Shown: piece by piece, positions 50,007-62,574 of the stretch
Position numbering within the stretch: the stretch's first letter is position 1
How the letters are laid out: each line of letters begins with the position of its first letter
DNA from: Squalus acanthias
Lineage: Eukaryota
Length of the DNA stretch: 64,000 nt
Reading direction: 5' to 3'
Assembly: GCA_030390025.1 (NCBI GenBank)
Contig: CM059433.1
Coordinates: 15,812,001-15,876,000 of the forward strand
Notes under the pieces: model-generated
What the model saw: only the letters and a program-made list of their open reading frames with translations
What the model was told of the DNA's origin: nothing
The model's database searches: none
Translations under genes and position numbers: made by a program

Positions 50007-50776
50007 TTTGTTCTCTTCATGAACTCAAAGATCACAAGTGTGGAGATAAAAATGTTTTTTTTTTAATAATTGCTATTACATAAATGAACTCTTGGGTGAC
50101 TTCCAGGCTACGTTTTCAAACATCTTTCATATACAAGCTGGATTAATAGAGAAAATAAATAAGACAAGCATTAGAAAGAAAAAGAACAGTTACAGGAAAT
50201 TTAGTGGCATACATCTGCAAGTCCCATCGTTACAATTTCGAGACTGTTTAATTAAAGGATTATGCAAGCAGAATGTTAGATTGATTTAGTTCATCTTAAA
50301 CGCCGAGAATCAAATTTGGGATCTTGCTCAGTGTTACTGACATATAAATCTGATATGAGTCTAATTCTTTCATTCAATGTTTATCACTCTTTGCCATTTA
50401 CTGCCACATACTGGCTGCCCAGCATGAAGTGAATATGTGCTTTAGTTAGTGGCAGTAATAAAACTTATAATTCTTAACTTTATTTTATACATCCTCTCCC
50501 CTAACCTGGCAAAACAATAAATAAATCAGCATTAGTTTTTTATAGTTTAAACTGAATTGACCCATTAAAACCCCATAAATCAATGTTTATTTGTTAAAAC
50601 TGAAATCACTTAAAATCCATTCTTTCAATTTACTTTTAATAACGTTGGCCTGACTTTCCACCAAAGCAACAGCAAAATTTACCTCAAGAGACTGTAACTT
50701 GCATTTGATTCCAGGACTTGAAATGTCCAGAATTAATGGCTGTTGATCATTATGTGTTTGGGCTGAATACAGCCAT

Positions 50777-53650
50777 GAGTGGAATGGTAGCGTAGTGGTA
50801 ATGTCACTGGGCCAGTAATCCAGAGGCCTCGACTAATGATCCATGAGACATGAGTTCAAATCCCACCATGACAGCTAGGGAATTTAAATTTAATTAAATA
50901 AATCTGGTATAAAAAGCTAGTATCAGTAATGGTGACCATGAAACTATTGGATTGTTGTAAAAACCCATCTGGTTCACCAATTCCTTAACTGGTCTGGCTT
51001 TTGGCCTATATGTAACTCCAGAGCCACAGCAATGTGGTTGGCTCTTAACTTCCCTCTGGCCTAGCAAGCCACTACGAAAAAGAATGAAACGGGACGGACC
51101 AATCAGCTACCGGCTACAGACACGACAATGGCACATCCAGCCCAGTCGACCACTGCAAAGTTCTCCTCACCAACATCTGGGGACTTGTACCAAAATTGGG
51201 AAAGCTGTCCCAACAGAATCATACCTTTCAGCCAATGTCCCAAACTCCTCCATCAGCAGGTCAAACCCACCAGGGGTGGCGGCACAGTGGTATACAGTCA
51301 GCATGGGCAAGGAAACCTCCCGCTGATTACCACCTACTGCCCTCCCTCAGCTGATGAATCAGTACTCCTCCATGTTGAAGAAGCACTTGAGAGTAGCAAG
51401 GGCACAGAATGTACTCTGGGTGGGGGACTTCAACGTCCATCACCAAGAGTGGCTCAGATAGTACCACTGCTGGCCGAGTCCTGAAGGACAATTCTGGGCC
51501 GGTGAGAGAACCAATATGGGGGAAAAACCTACTTGACCTCGTCGTCGCAGATGCATCTGTCAATGACAGTATTGGTAGCAGTGACCACCGCACAGTCATT
51601 GGGGAGACAAAGTCCCACTTCACACTGAGAACACCGTGCTGAATGGGATAGATCCAGCAGCTCAAAACTAGGCATCCAGGAGGCGCTGTGGGGCAGCAGC
51701 AGCAGAATCTGTAACTTCATGGCCCGGCATATCCCTCACTCTACCATTGCGACCAACCCTGGTTCAATAAGGAGTGTAGAAGAGCATGCCTGAAGCAGCA
51801 CCAGGTGTACCTAAAAATGTAGTGCATACCTGGGGAAGCTGCAACACAGGACTGCATGCTAAAAAGCGGAAGCAGCATGCAATAGATAGGGCTTAGCAAT
51901 CAACGGATCAGGTCAAAGTCCTGCCGCATCCAGTCGTGAATGGTGGTGGACCATTAAACAACTAACGGGAGGAGGAGGCTCCATGAATATCCCCATCCTC
52001 AATGATGGTGGAGCCCAGCACGTGAGTGCAAAAGACAAGACTGAAGCATTTGCAACGAGAAATGCCGAGTGGATGATCCATATCGGCCGACTCCTGAGGT
52101 CCCCACCATCACAGAAACCAGTCTTCAGCCAATTCAATTCACTCCACGTGATATCAAAAAACGGCTGAGCACACTGGATACAGCAAAGGCTATCGTGTTG
52201 AAGACTTGTGCTCCAGAAATAGCCAAGCTGTTCCAGTACAGCTACAATACTGGCATCTATCCAACAATGTGGAAAACTGCCCAGGTATGGCCTGTCCACA
52301 AAAAGCAGGACAAATCCAACCCAGCCAACTACTGCCCCATCAGTCTACTCTCGATCATCAGCAAAGTGATGGAAGGTGTCAACGACAGTGCTATCAAGCG
52401 GCACCTGCTCACTGATGCCCAGTTTGGGTTCCGCAAAAAGCACTCGACTCTCGACCTCATTACAGCCTTGGTCCAAACATGGACAAAGGAGCTGAATTCC
52501 AGAGGTGAGGTGAGAGTGACTGCCCTTGACATCAAGGCAGCTTTTGACCGAGTGTGGCATGAAGGAGCCCTAGTAAAACTGAAGTCAATGGGAATCAGGG
52601 GGAAAACGCTCCACTGGCTGGAGTCATACCTAACACAAAGGAAGATGGTTGTGGTGATTGAAGATCAATCATCACAGCCACAGGAGTTCCTCAGGGCAGT
52701 GTCCTAAGCCAAACCATCTTCAGCTGCTTCATCAATGAACTTCCCTCCAACATAAGGTCATAAATGGGGATGTTCATTGATGACTGCACCAGTGTTCAGC
52801 ACCATTCGCAACTCCTCAGATAATGAAGCAGTCCATGCCCGCATGCAACAAGACCTGGACGACGTTCTGGCTTGGGCTGATAAGTGGCAGGTAACATTTG
52901 CGCCACAGAAGTGCCAGGCAATGACTATCTCCAACAAGTGAGAGTCTAACCACCTTCCCTTGACATTCAATGGCATTACCATCGACGAATCCCCCACCAT
53001 CAACATCCTGGGGGTCAACATTGACCAGAAACTTAACTGGACCAGCCACATAAATACTGTGGCAACAAGAGCAAGTCAGAGGCTAGGTATTCTGCGGCGA
53101 GTGTCTCACCTCATGACTCCCCAAAGCCTTTCCACCGTCTACAAGGCACAAGTAAGGAGTGTGATGGAATACTTTCCACTTGCCTGGATGAGTGCAGCTG
53201 CAACAACACTCAAGAAGCTCGACACCATTCAAGACAAGGCAGCCCGCTTGATTGGCACCCCATCCACCACCTTAAACATTCACTCCCTCCATCACCGGCG
53301 TACTGTGGCTGCAGTGTGTACCATCTACAAGATGCGCTGCAGCAACTCGGCAAGGTTTCTTCGGCAGCACCTTCCAAACCCGTGACCTCTTCCACCTAGA
53401 AGGACAAGGGCAGCAGGCGCATGGGAACACCACCACTTCCAAGTTCCCCTCCAAGTCACACACCATCCTGACTTAGAAATATATCGCCATTCCTTCATCG
53501 TCGCTGGGTCAAAATCCTGGAACTCCCTCCCTAACAGCACTGTGGGAGTACCTTCACCACACGGACTGCAGCGGTTCAAGAAGGCGACTCACCACCACCT
53601 TCTCAAGGGCAATTAGGGATGGGCAATAAATGCTGGCCTTGCCAGCAACG
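50777..53650 (+). mobile_element. near full-length CR1-group (Zenon-like) LINE with tRNA-derived head and single decayed EN-RT ORF
   Basis: Box A is at 50788 and box B at 50852, with a candidate ATG at 51084. EN motifs are NIWGL, TESYL, GGGTVVY, WVGDFNVH and IGSSDH. RT motifs are NYCPISLLS, QFGFR, ALDIKAAFDRVWH and MFIDD. The tail is GGGATGGGCAATAAATGCTGGCC. Confidence 0.9.
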
Positions 53651-54639
53651 TTCAGAAAACTAATTTTCGGAAAGTGCACTCCCAGAGAGGAGACTCAACT
53701 GTCACCCCCCCAACCCCCCACCACCGCCCCCTCCCCCACCCCGCAATTTTGTGCAAACCAAGAAATCACAATGGATCCCCACGATTTTCCTTCCCTAAAT
53801 CGTGGGCGCATTCCTCACGATCTTTCATCCATTAACTTTAAAGGATGGAACATTGTTGGGAGCACCCCCACAATTACCAATATGTACTCTCACCAGCCTG
53901 ATGTTTCACTCCCAGAGCCACTGTGACAAATTTGGATGAGCCATAGATACTTTCTCGGGTTCATTGGCATCCGTGGCTTCTTTAAGCAATCCGAGCGTCT
54001 TACTTTAATGGGAGTTGACTCATACTGCTCCATATGTACTTATACAATATGTATAATGGAACAGCAGCATCCCCTTGTGATCTGTATCAGAGCCTCGTGT
54101 CTTTCATACATGTAGTTCTTCAATCTTTCTGAAGATGGACAAAATTAAAACTAGATGCGATGAAGTTTGGTTTGAATTTTAAGGCTGCTTTATTCCACAG
54201 TAAGGTAGAGCTAAGGAGAAACAGTTCTGATTAGATTCACTTTGTACCACCTATCTCAGTGTAATGATTCAAAATAAAGAACACGCCATACTTTCCCATA
54301 CTTTGACATAAACAAGAGATGTCCCAACTATTTGCCATCATTCTTAATCTCTTCACTTGAGTGAAGACCCTCACAGCTTCTCCCTCTACCAAACCAGACT
54401 ACCCTTTCAGCATTATCTAACGCCCCAAAAAAAGTGTTTCTCTGTTTCTTTTGAAACCTTGACTCCATTGTCAACCTTTAGTCATACTCACAACCTCCCC
54501 TGTGTGGAATTTACCAGTCTAACTTGGCAATGACTGCTGCTGTTTTCTAATGGGTAGTGCTGTGGAAGGAATGAGTGTGAATAATCACAAAAGTGTCAAT
54601 TTATCTTTCATTGTCTCCAGGACATTGGTTTAGACACCT

Positions 54640-55925
54640 GGGGGGGGGGCGGAAATTGGCTCGTGCCCCCTTTGGGGCGATAACTTCACCGGGGCACTAC
54701 CTTTAGCGCCCCGAAAAAGGTAGCGCCCCGCGCCAGAAATTTAATGGTAGCACCCCAAGCAGGAGGCGCGGCGTTACTGGAAGCGCTTCCCCTCCCTCTT
54801 GGGACGCTCCCATTGAATATCGCAGCGCTACGTGCAGCAGCGCCATGCACACCGACACATTGCGCCGTGGTATTGCAGGCCTCCCTCCCCTGATTAAAGG
54901 GGAGGGGCCTGGCACAGCGCACACCAGGGCCCTGCTGGACCACCGGGGAGCAGGGTGCCGGCAAAACAGCCCAGTACTCAAGAGGAGAGCTGGGCTGACG
55001 GATCGAGGCCGGCACCCCGCAGCAGGAGGTGAAAGGGGGCAGGTGCTGGCAGGCGGCCCAAAATAAAAGGACCGGCCGGCACCTGCCCTTTAATTATCGT
55101 CACCTCGGCCACAAAAACGTCACCCTAACCCTGTCGGACATAGCGTCCGGCGGTAGGTCAGGGGGCGCAAGCCAAATTTGCAGCCGGGCACTGCGCACCG
55201 TGATGACAGCAGCGCCATAGGCCACTACCAGCTACCACCGCCGCTAACCTCCAGCTGAATTTCGTGGGAGGCATTAGCAGCGCCGTGCTCGGACGCTAGT
55301 CACTTTGCACCTCTGTTAGGGTGAAAATTATAGGGCTTAAAGCAGCAACGTAAAGAGTTAAAGAAAGTGCTGTAAAAGGTGAACTCTTAACTACAGAATG
55401 GTTTCGCTGACACAGTGCGATGAGTAATGTTTGTGGTCAACATGCATACATGCGAAACAACTTGAGGCCCACCAAGGAGGAACAACGACTACAATAATAG
55501 CACAACGGTTATACTTGAGAACCAATCATCGCATGACCAGCCAGTCCGGCCGGACAGATATGACGCAACACTCTGTATGTTTATAGTTTCGGAAGGGAAG
55601 TAACAAGAAAATTTAGCTTAAAGTGCAGATTATAATTAAGGAGCTTGTTGCTGGGGGAATGTGATTGGGTGAAGACATTTGTATGTAATGAATTGCGTAT
55701 CCGACCCTATAATGTATAAAAGAAGTTCCGATACCACTGTAACGACGAAAAGTTGATCACTAGACCGCGGGGTCTATGGCTCTTCTCCCAGGGCGCTCTG
55801 TTAAATAAACTGTGATCTTCTGCTTTGAGACAGACTCGAGTGAATTCATTTTTCACCAACAACCTCCCATTAGCGCCCCCTCGGGGCGCTAACAGGAGGC
55901 GCAAAGCAACCGAATGTTTCCCCCC
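54640..55925 (+). mobile_element. CpG-rich MITE, family B (copy 2), interrupted by a solo LTR
   Basis: It is colinear with 15889-16519 and has poly-G/poly-C termini. Confidence 0.8.
55314..55861 (+). mobile_element. solo LTR, 548 bp, 5-bp TSD
   Basis: Termini are TGTTAGGGTGAAAA / TTTTCACCAACA, and the TSD ACCTC is at 55309-55313 and 55862-55866. TATAAA is at 55715 and AATAAA at 55804. Confidence 0.9.
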
Positions 55926-55959
55926 GGAATCTAAAGCTTACTTGATAGCTCTGATGTCC

Positions 55960-56682
55960 TGTGAAATTATCCCCTCACAAATGATCTAGCTTCCCCTTAA
56001 ATTGATCTATGCTGATCGCCTCAACCACTTCATGTGGTAGTGAGTTCCACATTCTCACCATTCTCTGTGTAAAGGAGTTTCTCCTGAATTCCTTATTGGA
56101 TTTATTAGTGACTATCTTATATTTATGGCCTCTAGTTTTGGACTCCCCCACAAGTAGAACCATCTTCTCTACGTCTACTATATTGAACCCCTTCAAATTT
56201 TAAAGACCTCTATCAGGTCACCTCTTAGTATTGTTCTTTTAGAGAAAAGAGCCCCTGCCTGTTCAGTCTTTCCTGATAGATGTACCCTCTCAGTTCTGAT
56301 ATCATCCTTGTAAATCTTTTTTGCATTTTCTCCAGTGCTTCTGTATCCTTTTTGTAATATGGTGACCAGAACTGCCCACAGTACTATAAGTGTGGTCTCA
56401 CCAAGGTTCTATATAAGTTTAAAATAACATCTCTGCTTTTGAATCATCTTCCTCTAGAAATGAACCCCAGTGCTTTGTTTGCATTTTATGGCTTTGTTAA
56501 CCTGCACTGGTACTTTTAATAATTTGTGAATCTGTACCCCTAGATCCCTTTGCGCGTCTACCCCATTTAGACTCTTATTTTCTCAGGAGTAAGTGGCCTC
56601 CTTATTCCTCCTACAAAAATGCACCTTCTCACATTTATCTCTATTGAAATGTATTTGCTATTTACATGCTCACTCTGCAAGT
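55960..56682 (-). mobile_element. CR1 3' ORF2 fragment
   Basis: It encodes MKGFNIVDVEKM...TRGHKYKIV...FTQRMVRMWNSLP, with an upstream LVRPHL-type motif. Confidence 0.85.
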
Positions 56683-57632
56683 TATCGAACAGCAAGTTTG
56701 AGTGTTTCACATTCCATCACTTGGCTACAGATTTGGTCTCCTGCCTCCAGATGAATTATGCCAACCATTGACTTTGTCAACTTTTTCTTACCCAAACAGA
56801 CGTTGCAAAGGCAGAAATATACATTAACAATATTATCTGCCTTTGTAAAGGCTACCAATATTTTTGTCCCCATATGCAGCCACTTAACTTTAAATGGCCA
56901 CATCCCTTTAAATTCACCCATCACCCCAGGTAAACAATACTGTTAAAGGTTTCATACGTGCAATTTGCAAGGAGGCCAAAGCGCACTAACAGTTGGGCTG
57001 GGTATTAATGGTTCTCCACCTGACTAATAACCAATTAGAGGTCCAATCAGAAAACCCACCCCATAGGTCTTCATCTGTTTCATTGAAATAGATAAGTATG
57101 GTAGTTGAGAAGTGGATGAAGCAAAACCAAAAATGCAAACAGAAGCAAGACATTACACAAATTGCCAGGGGATTGAAATTCCATTGGCTTTCACCGGTCT
57201 CCTGCTGAAACCCAGTGGTAACTCTGTGGAATTTCAGCCCCCAAGTTTCCTAAATTATTAATATCAGTCAGGCTATGTAAAATATCAGTAGGTCACAATT
57301 AAGTCCAAGCCAATCCAATTGACATACTAGTAACAATGAAATACCAGTCCATCAACATTGGAATACAAAGAAACACAATGCAGAAAAACACACATCATGC
57401 ACCTAAAAATGGGCACACTGCAGAACTAGCTGGTAGGATAAACTGAATAAAGAAGAAAGAACTAAAACACTAATCAACAGGACAAGGTAAATTGCAGGTT
57501 CTATTGATCTGTCCAATAGATTAGTTCTTACTTATTTATATACCTTGTTCTGTTAAATAAATCTGAAGCCTTGACAACTTTGGCCCTACAAGGTCGATGA
57601 CATATTAGAAAGTACAATCAACTTTTAACAAT

Positions 57633-57770
57633 ACAAAAGCAAAATACTGCGGATGCTGGAAATCTGAAATAAAAACAGAAAATGCTGGAAATACTCAGCA
57701 GGTCAGGCAGCATCTGTGGAGAGAGAAACAGGTTAACGTTTCAGGTCGATGACCTTTCGTCAGAACTGTT
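57633..57770 (-). ncRNA. Penelope/MER6-like fragment with hammerhead motif
   Basis: The reverse complement reads AACAGTT-CTGACGA-A-AGGTC atc GACCT-GAAA-CGTT-AACCTGTT. Confidence 0.75.
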
Positions 57771-60574
57771 CTGCTTATTGGAGAACTGACTTCCCCATGG
57801 GACAATGGGCTAGAGTCTGCACATAAAACAAAATTTATGAAGTACATGGATCTGGAGGGTGAAATAGGTGACCGAGGCTGCAATTAGCAGGTAATGCCAT
57901 TGAAGCTAGTCTAGAGAGGATTTTTATTTTTATTCACATTGACTTGTCCAGAAGCATGCCAAGGTCATGGGTTAGCAACAGAAGACTATAATTCAAAAGG
58001 CAAAACATGCTGTAAGAAATGGGTTTAGTATCAATTTAACACAGAAAGTTCGCAAATCTAATCCCACATTGTGACATAGCTGTTGTGGACCCACTGATCT
58101 GATGCATCCTAGTGTTAGAGGAGAAGTAAATGTGTGTGTTCTTAATTGTAATTTACTCCTCAAATCAATAGGGTTCGCAACATTGAATGTCAGATGTCAC
58201 AGATTTATTAAGTATACAATAAAACATGTGCTTAAAGAAGCAATACTTATGACCAAACTTTGTGAGTTTAGTCGAAGGACTCAAATGTGTTACAGTTCCG
58301 AACTTGGTATACAGGCTGCAGGCCCTCGAATCCTAAGTATCTGCTCTAAAACCCACTTTTTATATCTTGTTCTTACCCCTTCTGCATGACAATCCACACA
58401 TTTCTGCATTACCCAATTCAACTGCATATAAGGTGACTTTTAATAACTATCTTCCCTTGTCCCTTATCAATAAATTTAGTTTTAACAAATTATTTTTCCA
58501 TTGTCCGTTACAACCTCCCCCCCTACTTATTTTTTATCTTATCGATAGTTTCACTATGTTGCTATTCCACCAAGTGAAACTTCTAATTATAAATCTGTAC
58601 CATTTCATACCAATCTCCTGTTGCTAAAAAGAATGATGTTTTTGCAGATGTTTCCCTCTGCAGAACTAATTTCTTATCAACTGATTAAACACCTCTCTGA
58701 AATATATGCATCAGTATGGACTGGAATGTCCTTTAGTTAGTTTTATTTTCAAAACTGACCATTGCATAGACCGAAGAAACCAAGACAAGATAGGAGTATT
58801 AACTTAGGAATCCCTTATGCTCCCAAGGATGTCTGCATGCAGTTGGGATCTTCTGGTTGCTGATCACCAATAAAATCAGCAGCTCTACATTAATGACCCA
58901 AGTCAGGAGCACAGCGCTTTGGGTGTACTGCTTCTATCCAGTGCTGGGACAGAGGAGGAGCAGGAATATCTGCCTCAATACATTATACGATTTCAAAAGT
59001 CAAAAAAGTGCTCAATATAGAACGAAATCACGACTAAACTATTGATGTTCAGTCCATATGTGCGGTATAAAGTCATCTTAATTAATTTACCATAAAGCTA
59101 CTAACATTTTGTATCTTGATACACATTTTTACTGACAAGCTTAAGTATTTTGGCACAATATAGTCCCCATGATAGGATTAATATGTGATTTTTGTTAGGC
59201 AAGGATATTTAGGGTTATGGAACCAAGTTGTTAAGATACAAATCAGCCATGACCTAATTGAATGGCAGAACAGGCTCGAGGGGCTGAATGGCCTATTCTT
59301 GGTCCTATGTTCCTATTATAACAGGATTAGTAAATTACTCATATTAGGTTTTAAAGTATTGTCCAAGACAAGTTTAAAAGCTGCACAAGTTGCATTTGAA
59401 CAATTTGCAAAACAAGATAATAGATTTTGACACTTTGTGCAACACTAGAGTTTTAACTCTTGCTTTTTGTCAAATGTTATTCAGCCTTCAAAGTACAAAC
59501 CTTTTCATAATAGGCATCAAATACATCCAAAAAGTTATGTAATTCAACCTGTTGTGCTGTAATTAGAGTTATCAATTTGCTATAACTATATATTTTGTTT
59601 TAGCCCCAACAAATATAATCACCTCGTCAGAGCAGGCCTAACATATTTACACAATGACAAGCATAGGTGAGTCACTGGAGCTGATTAAATATATTTTGCT
59701 GTAGCAAGCATTATTAATTTATTGTGATAAACATAGTGACATAAGCATCTTTCCACTTTTGCTATGCCTTAAGCAAACATAAATAATTCGTTGTGATAGG
59801 CTTAAATATTTTAGATTAAACAAATTTGCTTTTCTATTGAAACAGAAACGTATCTGCCACAATAGACAGGAATATTAATCTTCATAGGTTTATGTATTTC
59901 ATTTTTTATATAACAGATATCAGAAAAATTCAGCAAATGCCCAGCAAGTAGAGCAGCAACTAAAAGAGATAGGTTGGCATATTGTGGGGTGATGAGATCT
60001 AATGAAATAAACCCAGCAATACACCAGTACTGATGCTATAGCTTCTAGATACTGAATCAAAGAACACTAAGTAATGAATATACCTCTAGGACTATGAGGT
60101 TATATTGGATGTGGGCACAAAACTACCCCTGCAGTTTGCAGTCCCAACCACATTCATATAATCCTATATAAAAATTACGACACAGAAGGAGGCCATTCGG
60201 CCCATCGTGTCCGTGCCGGTATATATTCCCGACACACATCTTAGTTCTTGCCAGTTAGCTTACAATGTCTCGTTGGCCAGCCGAACTTCTCACATAATTT
60301 GTAGGAAATAATCACCCAAGTGAGTCTCAGAAGACTTCCGGTAAACCAAAATGTACCATTTTGCCTTGATAGTCATGAGGTTAATTAGTCCAGTTACATG
60401 AATCTCCCATTTGAGATCAAACAGGAGTCCCAGTGAAAGAAGGCTTCGCTTAAGATCAGTGAATATTTTCCTGCTCGTTAATTAACTGAACATTGGACTA
60501 AAAGAGGTCATTTTGTGATAATTCCATAAAATGTGCAGCAAAATATCCACATCCATGGTGCCTTCGGAACATTA

Positions 60575-60770
60575 GAAAGAAAAAGAAAGAAAGACTTGCA
60601 TTTCTATAGCGCCTTTCACGCCCATCAGACATTCCAAAGCGCTTTACAACCAATGAAGTACTTTTTGAAGTGTAGTCACTGTTGTAAAGTAGGAAACGCG
60701 GAAGCTAATTTGCTCACAGCAAGCTCCCACAAACAACACTGTGATAATGACCAGATAATCTTTTTTTAGC
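60575..60770 (-). mobile_element. DeuSINE (SacSINE1-like) 3' half
   Basis: It reads AAAGACTTGCATTTCTATAGCGCCTTTCA...AAGTACTTTTTGAAGTGTAGTCACTGTTG...CAGCAAGCTCCCACAAAC. Confidence 0.75.
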
Positions 60771-61339
60771 CATCGTTCTCGGGCGACATTGTACTTGTGA
60801 CTGTCGACATTTTATAGAATGTGTGTAATACTTAAAACTGCATTTCTTATTGAAATCACATGGAAATGAATAAGTATGTCAGTGAATGGGTTAATAACTG
60901 CATTAAGATATTTCTGGGAATTTGAAGTAAGCATTGTGAATTTCAGCACACCAAAAATTTTTGTGGAAAAGCTAGTTTTGTTTCAAAATGATTGCAAATT
61001 AGATCATCTTAGAAACTATCTAAGAGAAGGATGTGTCCCTGATAGTGTGAGTATTCACATTGAGATCCATGTTTGAAGTGCCAAAACCTTACCACAGTTT
61101 ATTCAGATTACAATTTGGATGTCTTGGATTGTAATTCTCGTAAACCTTGATCCATAATATTATCTAGAGCATGCGCTCTAGCTGTTTTAAATCACAAAAT
61201 CATAGGATAGTTATGGACAAGGACGGTCATTCAGTCCATCTTAATTTGTCGATCCAGAAAGAGCCGAAAGTACTCCCATTTCAGCATCCAATTGTTCCTG
61301 AGAAGATTCCAAGGGTTTCACCTCCATGACTGTTTCCAG

Positions 61340-62200
61340 AACTCCTCGGATAATGAAGCAGCCCATGCCAAGCTACAAGAAGAGTAGACAACATCTATGG
61401 TTTGGGTTAACAAGTGACAGGTATATATGTATGACATAAGTGTCAGGCAATGACCATCTGCAACAAGAAAATTTCCAACCACCTCCCCCTAACCTCAATG
61501 ACACCAGCATCACCTCATTCCCAATTATTAATGTTATAGGGTCGGCATTGACCAGAAGCTTAACTGGACCAGCCACATCAACAATATGGCTACAAGAGCA
61601 GGGCAGAGTCTAGGTACTCTGCGATGAGTGGCTCATCTCCTGATGCCTCAGTGCCTCTCCACCATCTATAAGCCTTGTAAGGAATATGATGGAATATTAA
61701 CCACGTACCTGCATGGGTGCAGCTGCAACAACACTCAAGAAGGTCAACACCATACAGGTTAGAGAGGTTTGCTTGATCGGCGCCTCTGCCACTGGACTTA
61801 ATATTCACCCCACCTCCCCACCCACCCCTAACACTAGTGCACTGTGGTTGCAGTATGAACCATCTATAGGATGCATTGCAATAACTCACCAAGTTTACGT
61901 TACTGCATCTCCCAGTCCTGTGATCTGTACAACCAAGAAGGATAAGAGCCGCAATGTTATGGGAATACCATCAACCTCCCTTCCACATCACATACCATCC
62001 TGACTTGGACATATACTGACATTCTTTCATCATCACTGGGTTAAAATCCTGGAATTCCCTACCTAACACCATTGTGGCAGCTTCACCCTCACAAGGATTG
62101 CAGCGGTTCAAGAGTAAGGCCCACCACCACCACCTTCTCAGAGCAACCAGGGATCGAGGGAAGGGGAATAAATGCGGCCTTGCCAGCATCACCCACATCT
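61340..62200 (+). mobile_element. older CR1-Zenon-like LINE 3' fragment
   Basis: It is colinear with 52810-53650 but more diverged (AAATTLKKVNTIQ). Confidence 0.8.
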
Positions 62201-62574
62201 TGAGTACAATAATAAAAGGCTCTGAATTCCTCAGGGGTTTCCAGCTTAACTTCCCAGAAGTAGACAGGGACCCAAATACCCCAGGTCCCCACCAACTTTT
62301 GGATTTACCAGTTGACCTTGTAAGAGTCGGAACCTCCACCCACCCCTCATATGCCAAGGGAGTGAGCCCGGGAGGTGGGAACTCTTTACAGTGGTATTTC
62401 CCTGTTCCCTTGCCCAAAAGGGATCCCGGTGTGAGAGTGATCAGGTACACTAGCCTTCAGAAGGGTGCAAGTGGGATCCCACTGGGACGGGGTGGGGCGG
62501 GGCGGGGGGAGGGTGGATCCAGCTCAGGAAAGTAATTTTGAAGTATAGTCACTGTTGTCAAGTAGGAAACGTGG

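Noticed and set aside
50786..50870. Functional tRNA gene (also 16985, 568-756, 25235-25335)
   Set aside because: There is no intact cloverleaf, and each continues into a retroelement body.
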